Shown: positions 12,191 to 23,362 of the stretch, one piece after another | Position numbering within the stretch: the first letter of the stretch is position 1 | How the letters are laid out: each line of letters starts with the position of its first letter | Origin: Octopus bimaculoides | Taxonomy: Eukaryota | Assembly (NCBI RefSeq): GCF_001194135.2 | Contig: NC_068982.1 | Coordinates: 92,661,708 to 92,703,842 of the forward strand | DNA: 42,135 nucleotides | Direction of reading: 5' to 3' | The notes under the pieces: model-generated | The model's input: only the letters and a program-made list of their open reading frames with translations | The model's database searches: none | Told to the model about the DNA's origin: nothing | Program-made: the position numbers and the translations under genes

Positions 12191-13015
12191 CCAAAGGCTC
12201 ATCAGTGCTCTACCAACATGCTCAAGCAGAACATAGAGGCTCAGTTAAAAGCATAGAGGTTAAGGTATTATCTACACATAGAACTGACATGACAATTAGA
12301 CAGATCACAGAGGCTACAGACATAGCAATAGACAGACTGAGCCTCAACAGAAAACACGAATGGAACAGTAACACCCACCACCACACCACACAACATGATG
12401 ATTAAAGACAAGAAAAAAACATACAAAAGACAAATATGTACATACCTATGATAAATATAAGAAATAGAGATAAAAAAATATTAAAAACTGTATAAAGGGC
12501 GCAGATAAAAATAACATAGGGAGCGAACCCATATACACACACAGTAACTTCACAGATGGCTGCAACAGTATCAACAACACGACTACAACAGCAACAGTGG
12601 TAACAATAATGGCAGTAACAACAACAACAACACCTACTATGATGGCAGCAGCATGGACAAACACATAAACACAGAGAAATGCAGGAATGGTACCAAATGC
12701 TGGGCTGATGGGCAGCAGCAGCGACAACGGGGGAGGGGCTGGGGCTGAGGGGAGGGTTATAGTGCTATTAAGAACAATGACACATACACACACTCAAACA
12801 CAGACGTAAATGCATGCACATATAAGGATACACATCCTAGAAGAACAGAATGAAATAAGTGGAGCAAGAGCACACACGGCGGAAAGTTTCTCTAAAGAGG
12901 TCACAGATGTGTGAGGAAAGATTTCCGGACAGTGGACATGAGTTAGAATAAGGACAGTAATAAACGAGTGAAGAATGAATATAAAGTGCATGTGTTTATT
13001 TGGCAAAAAAAAAAA
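12190..13015 (+). mobile_element. Inverted, diverged second copy of the Penelope-like 3' portion
   Basis: Reverse complement of about 10857-11720, including GSSVLYQHAQAEHRGSVKSIEV and the downstream tail. Confidence 0.85.
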
Positions 13016-13092
13016 AAGATCATCCTGAAATACAACAATATCTGTTTCAACACACAATTTCACATCAGGAATCTTGCAACACAAATTCGTAA

Positions 13093-13131
<39 letters not shown>

Positions 13132-13135
13132 AATT

Positions 13136-13703
13136 GTTTATATCCAGTTAAAAGAAGTAAAAGAAAATGGAGATAAGGAAGTTCACAATTATTCATTATT
13201 AACAAATTGGTCATCTTCACTTCTTTCAGTCGTTTCAATTACTACTCAATAATTTAATTAGAAATTTGTACATTAAATTTGCATTTATGTGACATGAGCA
13301 TAATTTCATCAGAGAAAAGAAGATGTACCTTGGGATGTTATATGTGGATCTACCAATTCATTTCAGCAGACTCTGCTGAAATATGTGAACCTATCAATTC
13401 ATGTTGAAAGGAATTGATAGGTCCACATATAATATCACGCTGAAATGAATTGATAGGTCCACATATAACATCACGCTGAAATTAATTGATAGGTCCACAT
13501 ATAATATCCCAAAGTACATCTTTTTTTCTCTGATGAAATTATGCTCATGTCACATAAATGCAAATTTAATGTACAAATTTGTAATTAGATTATGGTGTAT
13601 TAATTGAAACAGCTGTAAGAAGCGAAGATGACCAATTTCTTAATAAAATAATTGTGAACTTTCTTATCTCCATTTTCTTTTCTTCTTTTAACTGGATATA
13701 AAC
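13136..13703. mobile_element. Foldback/MITE-like element with long terminal inverted repeats and internal 36-bp repeats
   Basis: The start gtttatatccagttaaaagaag mirrors the end cttcttttaactggatataaac, with arm similarity over about 220 bp. The unit gaattgataggtccacatataatatcacgctgaaat starts at 13411, 13447 and 13483, with inverted copies near 13331-13400. Confidence 0.85.
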
Positions 13704-13863
13704 TATATGCTTAATATACACCTATTGTTTTAAGGGAATTACATTCCCTAACAATACTAGGTATTGAACCAGTATTTCCTTGGATGCAACCATCCTTTCA
13801 TGAGGTTAACATATCCTCCAAATAAATTTATATATACACATTTATATATATATATATATATAT

Positions 13864-13877
13864 NNNNNNNNNNNNNN
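13864..13877. other. Small assembly gap between (TA)n and (GA)n
   Basis: Run of N. Confidence 1.
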
Positions 13878-13923
<46 letters not shown>

Positions 13924-14590
13924 GAGAGAAAAGATAAACACACACTGAATTATATATAATCTACTACAAATATGATTTGCTCTGGTTCTCAATATTTACC
14001 AAGATGAAGGAGTGTTTTTCTTTTCATAGTAACAATGACACTGATTTAGGAAGTAAAATAAGCTTTTATTTCCTTTAACTGTTATGTTCTACTGTGTTTA
14101 TTTTTAAGCTATAGGAACATCTGAATGGTATAAAATAACTGAAATTACATTTAATTAAAACTCTTGAGTCACAAATATTTCCCCCAGAGAAATATCATAC
14201 ACTCCCGGATATTTTATATTTAAACAAGGTTATTGTTTTTTTTTCTTTCAGAAAATCATCAAATTTCCTATCTAGATATTTTACTGCAAGTAGCTGTAGT
14301 AATTGTAATAGTAGTAGTAATGATAATAGTAGTAGTAGTTGTTGTTGTTGTTGTTCTTGTTCTTCTTCTTCTTTTTCTTCCCAACGAATTGATGTAATTG
14401 ACCTAACTCCTCCCACTAAATTTCAGACCGTGTGCCATGTAGAAAGAATTATTATTATCGTTTAAAATTTTGTTAGTCATGTTTACATGCAAAAACCTCA
14501 CAACAACACACACACATTCTTTTAGTCCTGTGCTGTCCATAATGTTTTTCTTAATGTGAACCCTTGTGGTTAATAAAGAAATCATCATCA

Positions 14591-14624
<34 letters not shown>

Positions 14625-14630
14625 CATTAA

Positions 14631-15199
14631 GGCGGTGAGCTGGCAGAATCGTTAGCACGCCAGACAAAATGCCTCTAAGCATTTTGTCTTTCTTTAGGTT
14701 CTAAGTTTAAATTCTGCCAATGTCAACTTTGCCGTTCGATAAATTAAGTACCAGTGAAACACTGGGTCGATGTAATCAACTAGTCCCCTCTCCCCAAAAT
14801 TTCAGATCTTGTGTCTATAGTAGAATGGATTATTATTATTATTAAGGCAGCAAGCTGGCAGAATTGTTAACATGCTAGAAAACTGCTTAACAGCATTTTG
14901 TTCATCTTCACATTCTGAGTTCAAATTCCGCTAAGGTCGACTTTACTTTTCATCCTTTCAGGGTTGATGAAAAGAGTACCAGTCAATATAGTTGACTTTC
15001 CCCCTCCCCAAAACTTGGTGGTCTTATGCCAGAATTTGAAATCATCATTATTATTATTATTATTTAAGGTGGCATGCTGGCAGAATTGTTAGTGTGCTGG
15101 ATGAGATGCTTAGCAGTAAGTACCAGTTGAATACTGGGGTTGATGTAATTGGCTCATCCCCTACCCCCAAATTGCTGCCCTTGTGGCAAAATTTGAAAC

Positions 15200-15262
<63 letters not shown>

Positions 15263-15865
15263 GGCATCAAGTTGGTAGAACTGTTAGAGTATCAATAGGT
15301 CAATAAAATAAGTTCCAGTCAAGTAGTGAAGTCATTGTAATTGATTTGTTCCCTCTCCTCAAAATTATGGCAGTGAACTGGCAGAATCATTAGCACACCA
15401 GACAAAATTTTTAGTGGCATTTCACCTATCTTTATGTTCCTGAATTCAAATTTCACCGATATCAGCTTAGTGTTTCATCCTTTTGAGGTTGATGAAACTA
15501 GTACCAGTTGAACACTGGGGTTGAGTTAATTGACTTACCCTCTCCTCCAAACTTTCTAGCCTTGTGCCAAAATTTGAAGCCATTATTATTATTATTATTA
15601 TTTTATGCTCAAGGCTCCAGTACATGACTGGTATTTTATTAATCTCGAAAAGATGAGGGGCAAATTTGGTCATAGCAGAATCATTAGAGCGCTGATCAAA
15701 ATGCCTTGTGGTATTTCTTCTGGTTATTTAGATTCTGTCCCAGTCAAATACTGGGATTGGTACCATTGACTTCAGTATCTGACTGGTACTTTGTATTAAC
15801 CCCGGAGGGATGCAAGGCGAAATTGACCCTGGCTGGATTTGAACCCAAAACAAATACTGCAAAGC
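14631..15865 (+). mobile_element. Cluster of five to six tRNA-derived SINE (family A) copies and fragments separated by (ATT)n tracts
   Basis: Heads at about 14631, 14846, 15068, 15263 and 15368. A-box-like tggcagaatcg and B-box-like gagttcaaattcc are present. Confidence 0.85.
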
Positions 15866-16539
15866 ATTGTTTTTCAGTACCCTAGCCATTCCACTCACTA
15901 ACTGTCCCTAAAATCAGTCCAATGAGAGAAAACAAAACCTCTATAATATAGTAATGTTATAACATCTAACCTCATTTATCACAGGTGTTTGGTTAAGAAT
16001 CACCCAAATGAGTGTTAAATGAGTCAGTGATAGATGACTAATAGAGAATGGAAAAAATAAGTTTTGTTCTAAGACCCCTCCCCCCATGTTGCTCCTCTAA
16101 TTTACTCGAATAGTACCTCCAAACAGTTTTTAAGTATACATAATGATATTTTACGCCTGGAAAAATATTTAGAGTAAAATAAAATATCATAACAAGCAGA
16201 ATCTTTGACTGATTTGCTGTCATCACAGATTAATCTATGATAAGCGTAGCATGATTCACAATTGAGTGCACCGTCTTATCCAGGATCAGTGATGAAAGAA
16301 TCGGTAATAAATGAAGATAGATGTATACATTAGTATAAAACGTCATCTCTAGGCACTGGCCTTTCACTTGACTAAGCTATAACAAAAGATATAATCCAAA
16401 TTGTTTAAGCAGTAAAATATTTACGCAGGAAATTTGATTTTCAGAAGAAAAAGGAAGTCTAATCAATCTATTGCTTTCAGTCTGTTAGCACTCTACAAAT
16501 GATTTTATTATAAAGTATTGGTAAACTTGTTACAGAGTA

Positions 16540-16710
16540 GGAAAAAATATCTTGCAGTATTTGTTCTGGCTTCTTACTTTCTGAGTTCAAATCCTGCCAG
16601 GGTCAGTTTGGCTTTTCATTTTTTTTTAGGGTTGATGAAATAAAGAACCAGTCACGTTGATGGTATTGACTAACCCCTCTCCTCAAATTTGCGAGCCTTG
16701 TGCATAAATC
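16540..16710 (+). mobile_element. SINE family A fragment
   Basis: ttctgagttcaaatcctgccagggtcag...gttgatgaaataaagaaccagtc matches the family. Confidence 0.65.
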
Positions 16711-16897
16711 CACGCGATAATTATTTTCAAGTCCCCCCCTCCCCATTGGTTCAGCCATGCTGATACATCATCTTCAAAGGTTCCAGTTGATCATACCAAT
16801 ATCAGAACATTTTTTTAATCGATGTTTTGCTTGACTGGTACAAAGGGACACAACTCAACACAAAGGGCACTGTTTTGACAAACATTATACATATATT

Positions 16898-17108
16898 CTT
16901 TTCTACTCTAGGCCCGAAATTTTTGAGGAGGGGGGGGGCAGCCGATTAGATTTACCTCAGTACGCAACTGGTACTTAATTTATCGTCCCCGAAAAGATGA
17001 AAGGCAAAGTCGACCTCGGCGGAATTTGAACTCAGCACGTAAAGACAGACGAACTACCGCTAAGTATTTCGCCCAGCGTGCTAATGTTTCTGCCAGCTCG
17101 CCGCCTTG
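16898..17108 (-). mobile_element. Full-length SINE family A copy with 17-bp target site duplication
   Basis: aacattatacatatatt occurs at 16881-16897 and 17109-17125, and the copy retains many CpGs. Confidence 0.9.
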
Positions 17109-17571
17109 AACATTATACATATATTACCACGGCCTTCTGTAGAGTTTCCTTCTACCAAATTTCATGCACAAGTCATTCACAATCTAAGGTTAAATAGCAG
17201 AAGATACTTACATAAGGTGTCACACAGCCATGCAAGTGCCAATCAAACCATCATCTCCTTGTTATTTATTTATTTTCTTTAACAGAGGGAATGATAGATG
17301 ACTTGATATTTAAGGAGTGACTATTGAGTCAGCAATCACATGATCAACGTATTTGAATGGTATTTTACTTCACTTTAGTCAAGTGTCAACTTGTTGGGAA
17401 AGGTAGTAAATTGATACAGTAGCATGACTAATAAAAATTGATAGTTTGTGTGCCACTTTCAGCATTATGTCTCTACAAAGCTCTTAACTCCTAATGGCTT
17501 GGTACAAGGATGTACTATGTGAATGTGCTGTAGATTGGTGAAAGGAATGGGAGTATTATGTAGCTGATGAT

Positions 17572-17785
17572 AAGGCAGTGAGCTGGCAGAATCGTTACCA
17601 TGCTGAGCAAAATTCTTAGTGACATTTCATCCGTCATGTTTTGAGTTCAAATTCTGCCTAAGTTGACTTTGCCTTGCATCCTTTCTAGGTTAATAAAATA
17701 AGAATCTGTTGAGTCCTGGAGTTGATGTAATCATCTTACCCACACCCCAGAATTTGCTGACCTTGTGCCAAAATTTGAAACCAGT
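17572..17785 (+). mobile_element. SINE family A copy
   Basis: aggcagtgagctggcagaatcgtt...gagttcaaattctgcc...gtgccaaaatttgaaacc. Confidence 0.85.
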
Positions 17786-18796
17786 ATCATGATTCTGTAA
17801 TTTTATAACGCTGCACTCAAATCTTCTCATGGACCAAATATGTGACGGAGTAATTTTTTGTAGATCATGTCTTTCAAAACTAAAAAAATCTCCAGCATAT
17901 CACAATAGTAATCCTGATGACAGATAAAGAGGTAAACAAGCTTAGCTTTACATCTGGCATTATTCTGTAACTGTGGAATGAGTTTGATATGCTGTTCTCT
18001 CTCACTCATTTCTCAACTATGAAAAGAAAAAAAGTAATCGACCATCTTGCTCTTTCCTGTCCCCAGTAGTGATAGATGAGATGGAGAGAATAAGCAGCAT
18101 GTGAGTAAGCTACTGGTTAGAGTGAATTATTGAGAAGATTTTTGCCAATCAACATGATGACCTTTTTTGGGTGGGGAGGTAGGGATCTAGGATGTTTGTA
18201 AATAGCAGAAGATTTGTCTCAGATCATCTATAATGTATGCTAACCAGAGCTTTGTAAAATATTTTTTTTCTCATTCTTACTAGTAATAAACAAAGAAAAA
18301 TAGAAATTGAAATTTTATAATTGAAAATATTTGACAATAATGTGGTTGAGAAGTTGATTTTGCTGTCATTTATTGCCTGTGACAAAGATACTAGCTCTAA
18401 AATGTTGGTGATCAGATCTATGATCAAAGTTGGTTGAGTCATGAACATCCATTCATCCTTTTCTTGTGCAATATTCAACACATCCCATCAGATAGTAGTG
18501 TGTGATTTGAAATTTGGCTGCTATTTCTAGCAGATCGAGTAATTCATACAAGCCCCTTCATTGACTTGACTACATTTACATAGATACTACACGTGGTATG
18601 GTTCACCCTTATGGAATTAAGTTCAATTTCTCCTGTACAAAGAGTCATGGAATTGGACTCGATCAAATCAAGAAGCTATTATTTCTAAGCAGTAAAATTT
18701 TTGCCTTTTTATGTAAGCCTGTTTGATAGACACAATATTTTATAATATAATTTTTATGATACAGTTCTATATTCAAGAGATGAGGAATTATGTACA

Positions 18797-18960
18797 TTAT
18801 TTACATTTGTCCTCATCTTGTTTGTTGTTAACACGTTTCTGCTGATATACCCAGGTTCAAAATTTCCCAAGACACCTGATGAAGGCTGGAGGGTATATCA
18901 GCCAAAACATTGTGTTAACAACAAACAAGATGAGGACAAATATCCGTCAAATGTAAATAA
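18797..18960 (+). mobile_element. Penelope-type pseudo-LTR fragment with inverted partial duplication and a degenerate hammerhead ribozyme core
   Basis: CTGATGA (18876-18882), GGCTG/CAGCC stem and AAAAC (GAAAC consensus). Segment 18797-18852 is the reverse complement of most of 18891-18960. Confidence 0.7.
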
Positions 18961-20463
18961 TATAATTTTTATGTCATTTAATGTTATTTTACATGTTGCA
19001 TTCATTTAAATTTCATACTCAAACAATGCTTTAATCTTAGAAAGGAAAAATAATTGAGTTTTTTTTCTTTGAAAATGATAATTTGTTAAGGTTTTTTAGT
19101 TTTTAATATTTTAATTTTAACTTTGATGTGTTTTCTTATGAACAAAAGATATTCCTGATTTTGTTTTATAGTATATTTCTTCATATTCTTTTCATAAAAA
19201 AGAAAAACAAAAAAAGTCTCCTAATCTTGTAAGTTTTCTCTAATGCTTAAGTGTAGCTAACTTCAAACCAACAACAGCATACTATAACCTTTAAATCCAA
19301 ACTTTAATAGGTTAGCATGCTAAAATGTAGCCTGACAATTGGCCATATATAGTGAGCTTTCAATCAATATAGAAACATATTAGTCAAATTACAAATAGAT
19401 GTTGGAGTTGAAATCAAAGGTTTTGTATACCAACTTCACAGTCCTGCTCCTGGTGATAATAACTCTGCAATTGATCATTGGTAGGTTCTTCTGTTATCTA
19501 CTTTAATCTGTGAAAAATGGACAATAGATTTCTTTCTATGCTATGACCTTAATATTTCACATTTCCTGTAATATTTATAAAGATTCTATAATGGTATTTA
19601 AATATATATTTTATGAAAGGATTTTCAAGTTTGTTATGTCCAGGATGCAGAGGTTATAGCTAGCTAATTTAGATACATCAACTATTTGCTGATGGGATTG
19701 ATGGACTAACTTTCATTACAAGATAATGTAAAATCCATCCAAGAATATTGTGCATTGACAGCTAGGACTGAATAGTAATTCAATAACATGATAGTTCATC
19801 TAGTTGTAAATAAGTCCCATGGTTATAAACTGCTCACTATTGTAAGCAGTTGGAACACTGTACCTTTAATGAGTGTTGTGTTAATAATAAATTTGCTCTG
19901 CTGAGTTTTAAATTTTCATATCAGCTTAAAGCAATGAGAACTCTCAGACCAACAACTCCTATAATTTTAGTCTGACCTTTTAGGATTTGAGTCACATAGT
20001 TTAGGGCTGTTAGCCCTTATTAAGCAGACCTATAATTAACATATTTCTGTTAAAATATGCTGCCTGTTTAAATTAATAATGAAAACAATGAAAACTTTAG
20101 TAAAATAATTTATTATTAAATTGGTGTTTGAAATATAAATTAACATGAAATTTTGATGGAAGATTTAGGTCACTTTCAACCAATAAGTTTGTATTGTGAA
20201 CCAGGAGTGATCTCAAAAGGGAGACTGAGAAACATCTTTTTCCTAAGCATAGCATATCCTAGGCTATGCTTTTTTTGTTTTTATAAAGATAGAATGTTGA
20301 GCAACCTCATACAGATTTGCTGAACTTGAGTAATCATTAAAGACATATAGGTAGAAATCACCTGCTATATCATTGTTTATACATCAATATACTGTTTCAG
20401 TACCATGTTTTCTTATCTATAGATTTTGAAATTTCATGAAAACTTGTCTTATTTCTTTTACAG

Positions 20464-20545
20464 TAACTTAATGACTAAAGAAGATTTCTCAAAACTTGGT
20501 TTCAAAAAGAATACTTCTGAAATTTCTTCTGAGACAAAAGAATAA
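20464..20545 (+). CDS. COX19: COX19-like, final coding exon
   Basis: Pyrimidine tract and cag acceptor at 20461-20463; phase matches the previous exon (AA|T). Encodes (N)NLMTKEDFSKLGFKKNTSEISSETKE*, with the COX19 LM..E....LGF motif. TAA at 20543-20545. Confidence 0.9.
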
Positions 20546-20699
20546 TTATGACTGGCAAAATTTAGGCTGGGAAGCTGTTGTATATATTATAGCAAATTAT
20601 TTTAAGCCAAATTAGAACAAAACTTTCTGTATTTTACAAATAAACTCATAATCCTGAAACTTGTAGATTATTTTTGTCCTTATGTCTTGAATGAATTTC

Positions 20700-21030
20700 A
20701 CCTATCTTCTACTTGTTTTAGTCATTTGGGGCACTGCCTTGAAGGGTTTTAGTTGAACAAATCGACTAGAGCACTTGTTTTTTGGAGTCTAGTACTTATT
20801 CTATCAGACTCTTTTGCCGAACCACTAAGTTATGGGAAACATAAACACATCCACACTAGTTGTGAAATAGTAGACACACAGATATATAGGCAGTCTTCTT
20901 TCAGTTTCCATCTACCAAATCCACTCACAAGGCTTTGGTTGACCCAAAGCTATAGTAGAAGACACTTGCCCAACAGGGCTGAACCTGAAACCACGTGGTT
21001 GACAAGTAAGGCTCTTACCACACCTGTGCC
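20700..21030 (-). mobile_element. tRNA-derived SINE (family B)
   Basis: Reverse complement of the 40837-41180 element. Confidence 0.75.
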
Positions 21031-21262
21031 TATGAAATATTTATGTTTAAAATTTCATCTATCTCTTCCCACTTCTATAAATTAATTCCAAGCAGAACAA
21101 TGTCCAGTTTTTTAAACCCTCTTAGCCTGAAGAATAAAGATAATTCAACTAATTTAATATTAACAATCAGTTTTAATGATTGCATATAGTTTTTGAGTAT
21201 GAGAAGGAATTCCAAAGGAAGACAGCAATATAGTTACAAGTACTGCAGAAGTATTTAGCTAG

Positions 21263-21480
21263 GTGCAGGCATGACTATATGGTAAGAAGTTTGCCTCCCA
21301 ACCAACATGGTTTTGGATTCAGTCCCAGTGTGTAGCATGTGACTAACTATAGCCAAAAACCAACCAAAGCTAGACAAGTGAATCTTGTATATGGAAACTG
21401 AAAGGAAGGCTGCCGTGTATATATGTATGTTACTGTCTCCTTGCCTTGATATCACAATAGTTGTAAATGAGTATCACTGT
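21263..21480 (+). mobile_element. SINE family B copy (diverged)
   Basis: ggtgcaggcatgactatatggtaagaagtttgcc...ggttttggattcagtccca...gaaactgaaaggaaggc. Confidence 0.7.
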
Positions 21481-23356
21481 GAGGGTTAGTAACAGGAAGG
21501 GCCTCTGGCTGTAGAAAATCCATCTCAACATATGTGACCTATGCAACCATAGAAGAGTGGACATTAAACCCCTCTCCTTAGAATTCATCAACTTGGAGAA
21601 AGCCTTGGACATGGTTCCATGTTCTGTTAACTAGTAATTGCTTTAGAAATCAGGGTAATATGAAAAGCTTGTGAAGGTCATGCCAGCTATTTATGGAGGT
21701 GCAGTCAGCAACAAATTTAGCATGTAGGTAGGTCTGTTAGGGCTCAGTCCCCACCTGTTTATTTGTAGTCTTCTATTCCATATGAACTCTTGTATTCTTA
21801 TAGTTGAATAAGTAGATTTAGAGAAGAAATTCTAAGTTTGTAGGCAAAACCTAGAATCAAGAGGCCTCAAAGTAAATTTTAAAGTTTTAAAAGTAGGCGC
21901 AGCTCTAATGCGTGGAACCTTGAGTAAGCATCCTATACCATATAGCTCCAGACTGATCAAAACGTTGAGTGGATTTAACAGACAGAAACTGAAAGCCCAT
22001 CATATTGTCTCCTTACCTTGACATCAAGTTAGAGATATCAACAAGTGTCAACATCTTTCAAGTAATGTCCTTTATTTCCATTTTTGTGGGGAAATTATTA
22101 CTTTACTTGGAAACGAGAGGATGTGGACACAGAAAATCAACTTATGTGCCTATGGAAAAGATGTTAAGATGATGATGATGAAAGAGTGAAGACTCCCTTC
22201 ACATACATGGAAATGCTCATTAAGCAGAAGAGAAGTAGAAAGATATTCAAGAAGCAGTGCACTCAGCATAAACTACAGATACATGCAAGATGTGGGATCG
22301 CAGAGAAGGTAGAATTGGTATGCAGCAGATGAACAGCAAGAAAACATGAAAAGGTTCACCAAAAGTACTTGATATCTTTTGTTACCTAGGTAATCTAATT
22401 GGCAGTAGAGGTGAATATACAGAAGGTATAGGTGTCAGAGTAAGAATGGGTTGGTAAAATAAACAGTGTTGGTTATTCCGTCATCAAGTGTCTGTGGGGA
22501 GAAATATTAAGATGTAGTTACCCTGTCCTCTAAACACCAACTACAGATTCGCAACGTTACCTGCTTCAAATAGGCGGACGTTAATAGGAAGGGAGGTAAT
22601 TCTGAAGGTTTTTGGATTAAACAGAAAACTAAGGATCACTTAACCATTAGATTTTATAAAAATGGGGAACGTTTTTTATTTATACTTGACATATTTTCTG
22701 AACACTATATACAAAAATTTCTTCAGTTTTTAATGAGATGTATCTTTCATAACTGCAACTTTTCCATCCTTGCATGGGGCAGATTTACTATAGCTGTACT
22801 CTTTCTGTCACCTGTTTCCAAGCAAAGTAATACTTCTCCATAACTGGTAATTTCAACAAAAGATAGAAAATGAACAAAACACTTGTATAAAACTATCACG
22901 AAAGATTAAAAGAAAGGACAGAAAGCAGACTTTAAGTATAGAAAGAGAACAACAAAAGCAAGAAGCACATGCAAAGTATACAGAAGAAAACACAAAAAGA
23001 AAGAAAAGTGAACATTAAGATAAAAGGGCAGACAGGCACTCCAGGAGCAGTGTTAGCAAATTTTGGAAAGCATGGAATTTTTTGAAGGATGAGCTTTCTT
23101 TACAGCTAACAACTGACATGGGCTGTTTATTTCATGTTTTGACAATACTCTGTGTGAAAAAGTTTCTGGAGCTCATGGATGCTGTGCTACTTTTTGATTT
23201 TGTAACTATGTCCACAAGTGGCAGTGGTAAAAAGATACAAACACGTGTATATGTATATGCATTAACATTTTTTTTTTTTTAATATTTTCTATTTTCCTTG
23301 TTTCTAAATTAAAAAAATAAAAGAGACAAAAATATACAATTTCTCAGAACAAGTAT

Positions 23357-23362
23357 TTTATT
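23357..23362 (-). promoter_or_regulatory. Candidate distal polyadenylation signal (AATAAA) for WEE1
   Basis: tttatt on + strand, with U-rich sequence downstream on the minus strand. A proximal AATAAA also occurs at 24695-24700. Confidence 0.4.

Noticed and set aside
13411-13510. 36-bp direct repeats resembling a CRISPR array
   Set aside because: The units are contiguous with no unique spacers, lie inside a foldback element, have no cas genes nearby, and the context is eukaryotic.
16285-16380. RTGATGA box-C-like motif suggesting an intronic snoRNA
   Set aside because: No suitably placed CTGA box D or terminal stem.
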